Assembly (NCBI GenBank): GCA_963839705.1
Contig: CAWIWL010000004.1
Location: 128,320-192,319, forward strand
Direction of reading: 5' to 3'
From: an uncultured Acidobacteriota bacterium
GTDB taxonomy: Bacteria > Acidobacteriota > Vicinamibacteria > Vicinamibacterales > 2-12-FULL-66-21
DNA: 64,000 nt
The notes below the pieces were generated by a model that saw only the letters and a program-made list of their open reading frames with translations, ran no database searches and was not told the DNA's origin. Shown here piece after piece: positions 44,289-52,658 of the stretch. Position numbers and translations under genes: made by a program. Positions within the stretch are counted from its first letter, which is position 1, and each line of letters opens with the position of its first letter.

Positions 44289-44349
44289 AGCTATCAGCTA
44301 TCAGCTATCAGCGAAGATGTTCTTTACTGAGAGCTGAAAGCTGAAAGCT
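44289..44349. terminator. Heptamer-array hairpin (AGCTATC x3 ... AGCTGAA x2) between convergent genes
   Basis: AGCTATCAGCTATCAGCTATCAGC (44289-44312) versus the reverse complement of GAGAGCTGAAAGCTGAAAGCT (AGCTTTCAGCTTTCAGCTCTC) gives 6 of 7 matches per unit. It abuts the slt stop codon. Confidence 0.55.
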
Positions 44350-46521
44350 TCACTCTCCCACCGCTCGCCTGGGGGTGCCTCCGGGGACTGGAATCGGCCG
44401 ACCGCCGCCCTTGCCGTATAACTGCCGGTAGTCCTCGGCAGTTCCCAGGATGCGCTTGACGTAGTTCTGCGTCTCGGGGAACGGAATGTCGTCGATGAAC
44501 TCGTCTTCGTCGAGGCCGGGGCGTTCGGCCTTCCAGCGCACGACACGGTTCTCGCCGGCGTTGTAGCTGGCAAGAGCGTAGTAGGTCCCTCCGAACTGCT
44601 GGACGAGCCGCGAGAAGTAGAGAGTGCCCATCCGGATATTCGTTTCCGGATTGGTCAGCATCGAGGTGGTGAAGCGCCGGATGCCGAGCGATCTCGCCAG
44701 CTGACGGCCGGTCGCCGGCACGATCTGCATCAGCCCCCACGCATTGGCCGTCGATCGAACCCCCGCGTCGAACGTCGACTCCTGGCCAATGAGCGCCGCC
44801 ACGAGGTACGGATCGATGTTGCGGGCGGCGGCGTGCTTGCGGATGAGATCCCAATAGGTCAACGGAAAGATGACCTGCAGGATGTCCTTCGGCAGCGCTT
44901 GATCTGCGGTCAGATGCTGCGGATACGCGCGCCGCATCAGCGTGATGGCGCGCCGCAACTCGCCCTTCCGGTGATACGCCCACGCGATCGTGGCGTCGAC
45001 GACGGGCGACGATCCGCCGGTTCGCTGCGCATGTCGCAACTCGTTCAACGCATCGTCGTAGAGCCCACTCGCGAGAAGGAGCCGGATGACACCCGCATTA
45101 GACGGTTCGGCAGGGCGGACGGCAGCCGACTGTCGAGCGGCCGGCACGGCGTCCGCGGCGAGCGCCGTTTGAGCGCTGCGCGACAGGAGCCGCCCGGCGA
45201 GACGGCCATAGTACGAATTGCCGTAGTCGGTGACCACGAGCCGGAGCCGGGACTCGGCGTCCGCCCCCGTACCGAGCTTCGCGTGCGAGCGAGCCGACCA
45301 ATAGAGGAAGAGCGGCCGGTAGTCCGAACGTGGGAACGAGGCCGCCGCGGCCTCGAAGACGCGCACGGTGGTGGCATACTCGGCGTTCTTGTAGGCCCAC
45401 CATCCCGACTTCCAGGCCGCGCGCTCGGCACGCGGACCGTTGGGGAACATCTCGAAGATCTGATCGAAGGCTTTGGCCGCCATCGCATCGTCGTTCTTCA
45501 GGATGTAGTACGTGCCGAGGTTGTTGAGCGCCTCTTCCGACCAGGAGCTTGCCGGAAAGTCCCGGACGAGGGCCTGCGTCTGCGAGAGAAACTCGTCGTC
45601 TCGGCCGAGGCCCCGGAGTGCGCTCAGAGTGAAGAACCTGGCCTCGGCCTGGCGGGACCCGCGATCGACCCAGGGCCGCAGTCCGTCGAGTGCGGCCGCA
45701 TACCGCTGCAGAAAGTAGTCGGACTCGGCGATGCGGAGATCGACGAGCTCACGGTCGTCGCCACTCACCTCGCCCTGCAGCGCGGCGAATGCCGCGCGCG
45801 CGTCCGAGTAGCGGCGAGCGCCATACAACTGCACGGCCCGCCCGAGATCCAGCTTGTAGCCCTGCCGGACGACGATGTCGCGCAGTGGTTCGAGCTCGGC
45901 AGCGGCGGCGATGGCCGCATCGCTGAGCGGAAACTCGTAGTAGATCCTCAGCAGCGCCTCGGCCGCCTTCCGACGATCGCCGAGCACCCTCGACGCCTCG
46001 GCCTGCTTGGCGAGGATGAGCTCGTTGACGATGGTGCGGTCGGCGGTGAGACGCTCGTAGATGCTCAACGCCCGGGCATGATCGCCGAGCGCCACGGCCG
46101 CTTCAGCCGCGCCAAGCGATATCGCGACCGCGAGATAGCCAATCGGCTTGCGATCCTCGAGCGCACTAAACGTGTCGCGCGCAGCGGCGGCACGGTCGAG
46201 GCGAAGCTGGGCGAGTCCCTTGTAGTACGACGCGTAGTCGGCAAGCGCGCTGCCGGCGAGCGAGGGTCGGCTGGCCAGCGTCAGGGCGCTTTCGTAGTTG
46301 CCGGCCGCGATCTCGCCTGCCGCGTCCGCGAGCGGTTGGTAGAGTGTGGCGGATCGTGCGGTCGCCGCCGTCTCTGACGGGACCAGCCACATGTCGCTGG
46401 CCGTCGCAGGCAGGGGCGGATGCGTGGTTGGCGCGAGTTGCCCTGCTCCGCGCGCGCTCACTCCCACGAGCAACACCAGGAGGACGATGAGCGCGAAGGC
46501 GTGCCTCCGGGCCGCGATCAT
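44350..46521 (-). CDS. slt: Soluble lytic murein transglycosylase (Slt70-like: superhelical repeat domain + SLT domain)
   Basis: Signal peptide, a long TPR-like helical region, and the C-terminal SLT motif LIGQESTFDAGVRSTANAWGLMQIVPATG ... YNAGENRV. Confidence 0.85.
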   Translation of the reverse strand: MIAARRHAFALIVLLVLLVGVSARGAGQLAPTTHPPLPATASDMWLVPSETAATARSATLYQPLADAAGEIAAGNYESALTLASRPSLAGSALADYASYYKGLAQLRLDRAAAARDTFSALEDRKPIGYLAVAISLGAAEAAVALGDHARALSIYERLTADRTIVNELILAKQAEASRVLGDRRKAAEALLRIYYEFPLSDAAIAAAAELEPLRDIVVRQGYKLDLGRAVQLYGARRYSDARAAFAALQGEVSGDDRELVDLRIAESDYFLQRYAAALDGLRPWVDRGSRQAEARFFTLSALRGLGRDDEFLSQTQALVRDFPASSWSEEALNNLGTYYILKNDDAMAAKAFDQIFEMFPNGPRAERAAWKSGWWAYKNAEYATTVRVFEAAAASFPRSDYRPLFLYWSARSHAKLGTGADAESRLRLVVTDYGNSYYGRLAGRLLSRSAQTALAADAVPAARQSAAVRPAEPSNAGVIRLLLASGLYDDALNELRHAQRTGGSSPVVDATIAWAYHRKGELRRAITLMRRAYPQHLTADQALPKDILQVIFPLTYWDLIRKHAAARNIDPYLVAALIGQESTFDAGVRSTANAWGLMQIVPATGRQLARSLGIRRFTTSMLTNPETNIRMGTLYFSRLVQQFGGTYYALASYNAGENRVVRWKAERPGLDEDEFIDDIPFPETQNYVKRILGTAEDYRQLYGKGGGRPIPVPGGTPRRAVGE

Positions 46522-48116
46522 GCGGATCCGCCCAGCAGTGCTGAATCGCCGTCGGCGAGCGTATGAATCAATTCCTGTTGAAAGTAGGTCGCGCGGGCAC
46601 CGATCGACGGCGAGACGCGCTCTTCATACAGGCGTCTGGCGCGCTCGATCTCTGGAGCCAGCCGGTTGAGAAGGTCGCGCTTCTCGCGACCGGTTCGAAC
46701 GGCCGACTCATTGTACAGCTTGATTTCCGACACCAGGAGTCGCGCGTAGCGCCGGGCGCTGCTGTCCTCTTCCCCTCCCGCGATTGGCGCAGCCACGGGC
46801 CTGACTCCGCCGGCCGACGGCATCTGCTGCATGGCTTGCGTCGTGCGAACCGCCGTGATCTGCTCGAGGCATACCGAGGCGTGAGCCGCGAGCACCTGAA
46901 TCGCCTCCGGCCAGCACGCCGGAGCCTCGGGCTCGACCGCCGGCGCATCGTCGGCATACAGCACGGCAACCGTGCGGCCACCTACGGTAAGAGGAACCGC
47001 CAGACCCGCGCGCTGCTGGGGCAGGTTGGCAAACGCCGGCGCCGGCGCCGCGGCTGTCGAAACGGCCCGACCACTGCTGACCGCCAGATCCAGCAGCCCG
47101 CGGGCGCGGTCGCCGTCGGAGAAGCGCAGCGCCGCGGGAGAATCCTTGTCGAAACCCGCAGCCTGCCATCCCTGCAGTTCCGCGCCGTTCACGATAAAGA
47201 GCGCGGCGCGAGGGGCGACGGTCGCCGCCGCGTGGGTCACGCTGGTCAGCGTGTCGCTGAGCGATCGTGCGCCGTCGATTGCGTTGACCGCACCGAGCAG
47301 GCCTTCGACGACTGCGAGGTGGGCCTGTCGTTCGGTGACGCGGGCCTCGATCACGGCCTGCGCATCGCGCTCCTTCGAAAGCTTTGCCTGGGCGTCCTCG
47401 AGCGCGGCGGTCAGGGCCCGCGTCTTCAGGCGCTCGGCTTCGAGCTCGGCGGCCGAGCGGTCACGTTCGGCGGCGAGCGCGTGGTCCATCTCTTCCTTGA
47501 GCCGCGCGGTTGCGTGCGCCGCGGCCTGTTCCAGTTCCACACGCAGGCGGGTCGTCGAGTCGGTCGCGGCCTGTTCGAGCTCGGTTCGTAGCTGCGCGGT
47601 CGAGGCGCTCGCCGCCTGTTCCATGTCGCGGCGAACCTCGTCGCGAACCTGCTCGCGGGTGCGTTCGGCCGCCTCGGCCGCAGCCTGCTCGGCGTCGCGG
47701 CGTATGCTGTCGGTCTCGGCGATGACACGCCGGTCGGCGTCTGCCGTCGCATCGGCGAGGCCTGCGGTGAGACGGCCCTGCCATTCCTCGCGAACCGCTT
47801 CAATTTCCTTACGGTGACGATCGGCGGCCTCCGCCGCCGCCTTGGTGAGGCCTTCGATCTCGAGGCGAGTCCGTTCGGCCTCGGCGGCTGCATCAGCCAG
47901 TCCGGCCTGCAACCGGCCCTGCCACTCCTCGCGGACCGCTTCGACTTTGGCCGTCCACAGCTCCGCCGTCCTTGCTTCTGTCTCCCGCTTGACGGCTTCG
48001 CGCTCCTCAGCGAGCCGATCCACCATCTGCGAAGCCTGGGTCTGAAGGTCCGCTTGCAGGCGCGCACAGAGTGCGTCAATCGTGGTACGAAGATCGTGAT
48101 CGGGCATTTCAGGCAT
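46518..48116 (-). CDS. Coiled-coil protein with internally repeated segments and a C-terminal GAF-like region, unknown function
   Basis: The unit EAVREEWQGRL(Q/T)AGLADA is repeated twice, and there are several ELEQAA repeats. The C-terminal tail is ARRYARLLVSEIKLYNESAVRTGREKRDLLNRL...YFQQELI. Its stop overlaps the slt ATG (ATGA). Start set to ATG 48116. Confidence 0.55.
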   Translation of the reverse strand: MPEMPDHDLRTTIDALCARLQADLQTQASQMVDRLAEEREAVKRETEARTAELWTAKVEAVREEWQGRLQAGLADAAAEAERTRLEIEGLTKAAAEAADRHRKEIEAVREEWQGRLTAGLADATADADRRVIAETDSIRRDAEQAAAEAAERTREQVRDEVRRDMEQAASASTAQLRTELEQAATDSTTRLRVELEQAAAHATARLKEEMDHALAAERDRSAAELEAERLKTRALTAALEDAQAKLSKERDAQAVIEARVTERQAHLAVVEGLLGAVNAIDGARSLSDTLTSVTHAAATVAPRAALFIVNGAELQGWQAAGFDKDSPAALRFSDGDRARGLLDLAVSSGRAVSTAAAPAPAFANLPQQRAGLAVPLTVGGRTVAVLYADDAPAVEPEAPACWPEAIQVLAAHASVCLEQITAVRTTQAMQQMPSAGGVRPVAAPIAGGEEDSSARRYARLLVSEIKLYNESAVRTGREKRDLLNRLAPEIERARRLYEERVSPSIGARATYFQQELIHTLADGDSALLGGSA

Positions 48117-48192
48117 TATCGGGACGGCCCGCGGGCAAGTCAAGCCTCCACAAGCTCTCGTCGGGGCGCACAACCCTAACCGCCACAGTAGT

Positions 48193-48221
48193 TTGACCTA
48201 TTTGGGCTCGGCGCGTACAAT
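48193..48221 (+). promoter_or_regulatory. Sigma70-like promoter TTGACC-N17-TACAAT for ssrA
   Basis: TTGACC at 48193-48198, a 17-nt spacer, then TACAAT at 48216-48221, 20 nt upstream of the mature tmRNA 5' end. Confidence 0.6.
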
Positions 48222-48241
48222 AGAGCGTCTGTCTCTCGAAT

Positions 48242-48593
48242 GGGGGCGACTTAGATTCGACGGAGATATGGTTTCGCAGGATGCGTGCCGAGGACCATCA
48301 CCCTCGTAAATCAGATGGAAACAAACCTAACTGCGGACACGCAGCTCGCACTCGCAGCCTAAACCCCTGTGAGCGTCCCTTCCGGTCAGCCTGCGGGCCG
48401 GAAACGGATGTCATTTTAGCAGGCTGGCGGCTACCGGTTGCCCTGGACGGTAGCGGCGAGACTTCTCTGGGGCTGGCCTCCGGCGGTTTTGGCCGCGTCC
48501 TCACGCCGGGAGCGAGATATCAGATGCGGATACGCATCGTAGATTCCTGCGAGGATGTATTTTCGGACCCGGGTGCGAATCCCGGCGCCTCCA
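48242..48593 (+). ncRNA. ssrA: tmRNA (SsrA), CCA not encoded
   Basis: 5' end GGGGGCGACTTAGATTCGACGG. The acceptor GGGGGCG pairs with CGCCTCC (48586-48592) and includes the G3-U pair, followed by discriminator A. T arm is CCGGG-TGCGAAT-CCCGG. The internal tag frame ends ...GCG GAC ACG CAG CTC GCA CTC GCA GCC TAA (ADTQLALAA-stop, 48333-48362). Confidence 0.9.
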
Positions 48594-48608
48594 TTACTCA
48601 CTACGCTC

Positions 48609-48634
48609 GGTGGGGCCCCTTGTCGTTCCCCACC
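48609..48634 (+). terminator. Hairpin GGTGGGG-N12-CCCCACC just downstream of ssrA
   Basis: A 7-bp GC stem 16 nt after the tmRNA 3' end. Confidence 0.4.
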
Positions 48635-48795
48635 TCGCTGCGCGCTCGCCATGCGGCTCGCTTGCAGCCGCAGGCGCTCTGAGGCTGCTGGTCGTCATTC
48701 GGCTAGCTGCGGTCGCAGGCGTTCTGAATGTCCCGCTCTCAGGTGCCACTCGGCTCCGGTACCTCAATCCCTGTCCAGCCGGTACATCCCAACCT

Positions 48796-49000
48796 ATGTC
48801 AGACCGCTTCGAGCTCGGATTGGATACCTTCGGCGACGTCACCGCGGCGCCCGACGGCACGCTTCAATCGCAGGCGCAGGTGCTCCGCGACGTCGTCGAG
48901 GAAGCGGTCCTCGCCGACCAGGTGGGCATCGACGCCTTCGGCGTTGGCGAGCACCATCGCCGCGACTTCGCGATTTCCGCGCCCGAAGTCGTGCTGGCCG
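48796..49000 (+). pseudogene. Truncated 5' fragment (68 codons) of an LLM-class flavin oxidoreductase gene, copy of 51612..51816
   Basis: 48790-49000 aligns without gaps to 51606-51816 with 6 mismatches in 211 nt. Homology stops abruptly after ...GTGCTGGCCG. Confidence 0.8.
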
Positions 49001-49188
49001 TGCCGTCGGCGCTGAACTGCCGGAAGGGCACGTCGGACTCGATGCTCTTGGCTTCGTAGCCGGGCGCGTACTGTTTCTTGCTTTGGTTGAACAGCCGACT
49101 CCCGTGGAGAGCCTTATTGCATGAGGCGTTCCGGGTACTGAGTTGGCCCGGTTCGCGTAGTATTCGTTAGACCGTGCCGGTGCAAATT

Positions 49189-49728
49189 ATGAGAGCGGCG
49201 CCTTGCTGTCCTCTGTTCGTCTGCCATGCGAACTGCTGCCGGTCTGTTCTGGCTCGCTACCTCTATCGACATCTGTGTCGCCAGGCTCCGGCCCTCTCGG
49301 CGGGGTTAGAGGCGGGAGAGCGGATCAATGATCGCGCGGAACGAATGCTCCGAGAGTGGGGGATTGACGCGAGCGCACACTCACCGTTGCAGCTCTCGCG
49401 CGACTTGTGTGCGGAAGCCGGTGCGATCTTCGTGATGGGGCCGTCGTACTTGCACCGGGTCATCTGGGAGTATGGCGAAGACCTTGCCGACAAGGCGTAC
49501 CTATTCGCCGATCCGTTCACTAGACCGGTGTCTTTCGGTAGTGGGCAGTACAAGGTTTCCGATCCTTCGTTCGACACCCGACCGACGAGTGAACTACTGA
49601 AGGAGTTCGGGTGGATGCGCGAGCGGGTGCTGCAAATCCGACTCGCTCTGCTCGGGGACGGCAGACGGCTTGTCCCGATGAGCGAGTATCTCGAGCTGTG
49701 TAAGACGGTCGATCGTGGAAGCCATTGA
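49189..49728 (+). CDS. Low-molecular-weight phosphotyrosine phosphatase / ArsC-like protein
   Basis: P-loop LFVCHANCCRS (C-X5-R-S) near the N-terminus and a downstream FADPF Asp-Pro motif. 179 aa. Confidence 0.6.
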   Translation: MRAAPCCPLFVCHANCCRSVLARYLYRHLCRQAPALSAGLEAGERINDRAERMLREWGIDASAHSPLQLSRDLCAEAGAIFVMGPSYLHRVIWEYGEDLADKAYLFADPFTRPVSFGSGQYKVSDPSFDTRPTSELLKEFGWMRERVLQIRLALLGDGRRLVPMSEYLELCKTVDRGSH

Positions 49729-49929
49729 GCAGAGAGCCGGATGCGTCGGGAAACCGGATCCGGGGCGTCATTCGAAGCCGACACAGTTGATGGGGCATCG
49801 GAGCGATTGCGTTACCTATCATCTATCCAGCATCGCTCGGGCACGAGCTGGACCAGAACTCAATCAATCAGCCCTCGCGGTAGATTCACACTCACTCGCC
49901 GTGACGGGTCGGCTGAAAAAGGAGCAGGC

Positions 49930-50043
49930 ATGGGAGACAAGGGCGGCAAGAAGGACAAGGAAAAAAACAAACAACAGCAGCTGACGAAACAGAAACAAGA
50001 GGAGCAAAAGAAGCAGAACAAGGCCCGGCCAAAGGCACCCTGA
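49930..50043 (+). CDS. 37-aa lysine/glutamine-rich small protein (hypothetical)
   Basis: MGDKGGKKDKEKNKQQQLTKQKQEEQKKQNKARPKAP. A strong AAGGAG lies 7 nt upstream of the ATG. AT-rich codon usage contrasts with the surroundings. Confidence 0.4.
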   Translation: MGDKGGKKDKEKNKQQQLTKQKQEEQKKQNKARPKAP

Positions 50044-50107
50044 GCCGGCCAGTCAGAGGGATTCCAGGACCCACGCCGTGGCAGCCGATCGCCCCTTAGG
50101 GAGAATC

Positions 50108-50905
50108 ATGAGCGAAGATGCACACGCCCGACCGACACGCGAGGCGCCGGAGCCGCTGTACGACGTAAGTATCCCGACACCCACGCACGCGGAGCGCGCG
50201 CGAACATTGGTCGCCCAGATCTCGACCGGGACCCTGTGCACCCTGGCCCTGGAGCCGGAGGGCTATCCCTACGGCTCGTTCGTGACCGTCGCCTTCGACG
50301 ACGGAAACCCAATCTTCCTTATCAGCGGACTCGCCGAGCACACCAAGAACTTGGAGCGGGATCCTCGCGCGTCGCTGCTGGTGTCCGAGGGAGGCTCTGC
50401 AGATCCGCTCGCCAACGGCCGCGTCACCATCCTCGGACCGTGCACGCGCGTCGAAGGGGATCGCGGCAGCGCGCGTGTTGCATTCTTCGCTGCTCATCCG
50501 AACTCAAGCTACTACGCTGACTTCCGCGATTTCGCGTTCTGGAAGCTGCAGGTAAATCATGTCCGCTACATTGGGGGTTATGGCCGGATGTCGTGGATCA
50601 GCAAGGCTGACTGGCGGGCTGCCGAACCGGATCCCCTCGGTCCGTCGGCCGCCGGCCTGATTGCTCATATGAACGCCGACCACGCCGACGCCATGGTGCT
50701 CTACTGCACGGCCTTTTCAAAAGCGACCGAGATCACCACCGCGAGCATGACGGGCGTCGACAGGTACGACTTCGATATGTCGGTGATGACCCCAAAAGGG
50801 CCACGACCCGTCCGTCTGGCATTCCGCAAGCCGGTCAGCACGCCGGAGGAAGTACGCGCCGCTCTGATCTCTCTGGTGACGGACGCCAGGTCCAAGCTGG
50901 GCTGA
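50108..50905 (+). CDS. HugZ-like protein (pyridoxamine 5'-phosphate oxidase-like split barrel + DUF2470)
   Basis: ARTLVAQISTGTLCTL...GYPYGSFV ... RASLLV ... GRVTILG ... YIGGYGRMSWI ... HMNADHADAM is typical of the heme-utilisation HugZ/ChuZ-type family. Confidence 0.75.
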   Translation: MSEDAHARPTREAPEPLYDVSIPTPTHAERARTLVAQISTGTLCTLALEPEGYPYGSFVTVAFDDGNPIFLISGLAEHTKNLERDPRASLLVSEGGSADPLANGRVTILGPCTRVEGDRGSARVAFFAAHPNSSYYADFRDFAFWKLQVNHVRYIGGYGRMSWISKADWRAAEPDPLGPSAAGLIAHMNADHADAMVLYCTAFSKATEITTASMTGVDRYDFDMSVMTPKGPRPVRLAFRKPVSTPEEVRAALISLVTDARSKLG

Positions 50906-50940
50906 GGGGCACGGTAGGTGGTTCGGCGACGGAGGTTCTG

Positions 50941-51360
50941 ATGCGTCCGCAACCTCTCATCGCGGTGACTGATGTCGAAGCGAGCAGCCGGTGGTACCAG
51001 CGTCTCCTCGGCTGTCAGAGCGCGCACGGCGGGGCGGAATATGAGCGATTGGTCTCGAATGGTGCGCTGATCCTCCAGCTGCACCGTTTTGAGGTCGAAC
51101 ACCGCCACGGGCCGATCGGTAATCCTGATGACACGCCCTATGGCAACGGCGTGCTCCTGTGGTTTGAAATCGACGACTTCGATGCCGCAATCGCCCGGAT
51201 CGCCGAACTGAAGGCCGAGATCATCCACCCGCGCCATCGCAATCCTCCCGACGGTAACGGCGGTCCGAACCACTGGGAGTGCTGGTTGCGCGATCCTGAC
51301 GGCTACACAGTCGTGCTCGCCAGCCCGGACGGTTCAGCGGATGGAAATTGGAAACCTTAG
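50941..51360 (+). CDS. VOC (glyoxalase/bleomycin-resistance) family protein
   Basis: LIAVTDVEASSRWYQRLLG ... LWFEIDDFDAAIARI ... WLRDPDGYTVVLASP follows the beta-alpha-beta-beta-beta module pattern. Confidence 0.75.
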   Translation: MRPQPLIAVTDVEASSRWYQRLLGCQSAHGGAEYERLVSNGALILQLHRFEVEHRHGPIGNPDDTPYGNGVLLWFEIDDFDAAIARIAELKAEIIHPRHRNPPDGNGGPNHWECWLRDPDGYTVVLASPDGSADGNWKP

Positions 51361-51434
51361 CAGCTCGAAAAATCCCTGGAATCGATACGACGTGCTTGCC
51401 GTAAGTTATTGACAGGAAGGGTCTTCGACTGGTC

Positions 51435-51455
51435 CGAATCCCGGCGCCTCCACCA
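51435..51455 (+). repeat. Displaced tmRNA 3'-end fragment (CGAATCCCGGCGCCTCCA + CCA), putative attR
   Basis: Identical over 18 nt to 48576-48593. It retains the acceptor 3' strand, the discriminator and CCA but lacks the rest of the tmRNA. Confidence 0.7.
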
Positions 51456-51611
51456 ACCTTCGCTCTGGATTCACGCGCAGACCGCGTCCATGCGCAGTGA
51501 GTCGAATGGTGTCCTGAGCGCGCCGAGTCGAAGGACTGCCGAACCGCGACCCACCAACCGACCGTCGCCACACTTCCACACCCGCCCGCTCCCACTCGGA
51601 AAACTCAACCT

Positions 51612-52646
51612 ATGTCAGACCGCTTCGAGCTCGGATTAGATACCTTCGGCGATGTCACCGCGGCGCCCGACGGCACGCTTCGATCGCAGGCGCAGGTGCT
51701 CCGCGACGTCGTCGAGGAAGCGGTCCTCGCCGACCAGGTGGGAATCGACGCTTTCGGCGTTGGCGAGCACCATCGCCGCGACTTCGCGATCTCCGCGCCC
51801 GAAGTCGTGCTGGCCGCGATGGCCGGCCGAACCCGGAGAATCCTTCTCGGCTCGGCTGTCACTGTGCTCAGCACGGATGATGCCGTGCGGGTCTTCCAGC
51901 GGTTCTCGACGCTCAACGCGCTCTCGAACGGCCGCGCCGAGGTGATTCTCGGACGCGGCTCGTTCACCGAGTCATACCCGTTGTTCGGCTACGACCTGGC
52001 GCGCTATGAGGAGCTGTTCGACGACAAGCTGCGGCTGTTCGCTGCGCTCCTCAAGCCTGGACCGGTGACGTGGAGCGGCTCGACGAGGGCGCCGATCGTC
52101 GGCCTCACGATGTATCCGCCTGTCGAGGCGGGGACGCTGCGCACGTGGGTTGGCGTGGGCGGCAGCCCGGAGTCAGTTGTCCGCGCCGCGCGAAATGGCT
52201 TGCCGCTGACCCTCGCCATCATCGGTGGCAGCCCGCAAAGGTTTCGCCCCTTCGTGGATTTGTACCTGCAGTCGCTCGAGGAATTCGGGCAGCCCGTTCT
52301 ACCGATAGCCGTGCACTCCCCCGGCCATGTCGCAGCAACCGACGATCAGGCGAAGCACGAGCTCTGGCCGCACTATGAAGTAATGATCAATCGCATCGGC
52401 GGCGAGCGCGGATGGCCGCCGGCCACGCGGGCGCATTTCGAACGCGAAGCTGGCCCCGATGGCGCGCTCTGCGTCGGCTCGCCGGAAACGGTCGCCGCCA
52501 AGATCGCCAGGACGGCGAGACTCCTGGGCCTTGCGCGCTTCAATCTGAAATACAGCGCCGGCACCTTGCCGCACGCCGCGCTGAAGGCCAGCATCGAGCT
52601 GATTGGCACGAAGGTCGCGCCGCGCGTGCGCGAGCTGCTTGGGTAG
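51612..52646 (+). CDS. LLM-class (luciferase-like) flavin-dependent oxidoreductase
   Basis: 344 aa. FELGLDTFGD ... VGIDAFGVGEHH ... LGSAVTVLS ... NGRAEVILGRGS is the typical LLM TIM-barrel pattern. Confidence 0.85.
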   Translation: MSDRFELGLDTFGDVTAAPDGTLRSQAQVLRDVVEEAVLADQVGIDAFGVGEHHRRDFAISAPEVVLAAMAGRTRRILLGSAVTVLSTDDAVRVFQRFSTLNALSNGRAEVILGRGSFTESYPLFGYDLARYEELFDDKLRLFAALLKPGPVTWSGSTRAPIVGLTMYPPVEAGTLRTWVGVGGSPESVVRAARNGLPLTLAIIGGSPQRFRPFVDLYLQSLEEFGQPVLPIAVHSPGHVAATDDQAKHELWPHYEVMINRIGGERGWPPATRAHFEREAGPDGALCVGSPETVAAKIARTARLLGLARFNLKYSAGTLPHAALKASIELIGTKVAPRVRELLG

Positions 52647-52658
52647 CGCGCGAGACGA

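Larger units (their letters stand above)
48576..51452. mobile_element. Probable remnant genomic islet inserted in the ssrA 3' end, bounded by an 18-bp direct repeat; no integrase present
   Basis: CGAATCCCGGCGCCTCCA occurs at 48576-48593 (end of the functional tmRNA) and again at 51435-51452, where it is followed by CCA. The intervening 2.86 kb holds a truncated LLM gene copy, an LMW-PTP-like gene, a tiny Lys-rich ORF, and HugZ-like and VOC genes. Some stretches look lower in GC by eye. Confidence 0.45.

Noticed and set aside
6501-44349. Whether the short tandem arrays (6501, 21878, 25103, 25496, 30901, 42465, 44289) could be CRISPR arrays
   Set aside because: The periods are 7-9 nt with no spacers of 25-40 nt, no repeat of CRISPR length and no cas genes. 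They are not CRISPR.
48281-48682. ORFs overlapping the tmRNA gene (48281..48682 plus, 48298..48504 minus, 48431..48652 minus)
   Set aside because: The region folds and reads as a canonical tmRNA. The ORFs are incidental.
48594-51434. Integrase, excisionase or transposase inside the ssrA-flanked islet
   Set aside because: I read all six frames. Only metabolic or stress-type ORFs and gene fragments are present, with no R-H-R-Y integrase or DDE motifs, so the islet is called a remnant and not an active element.
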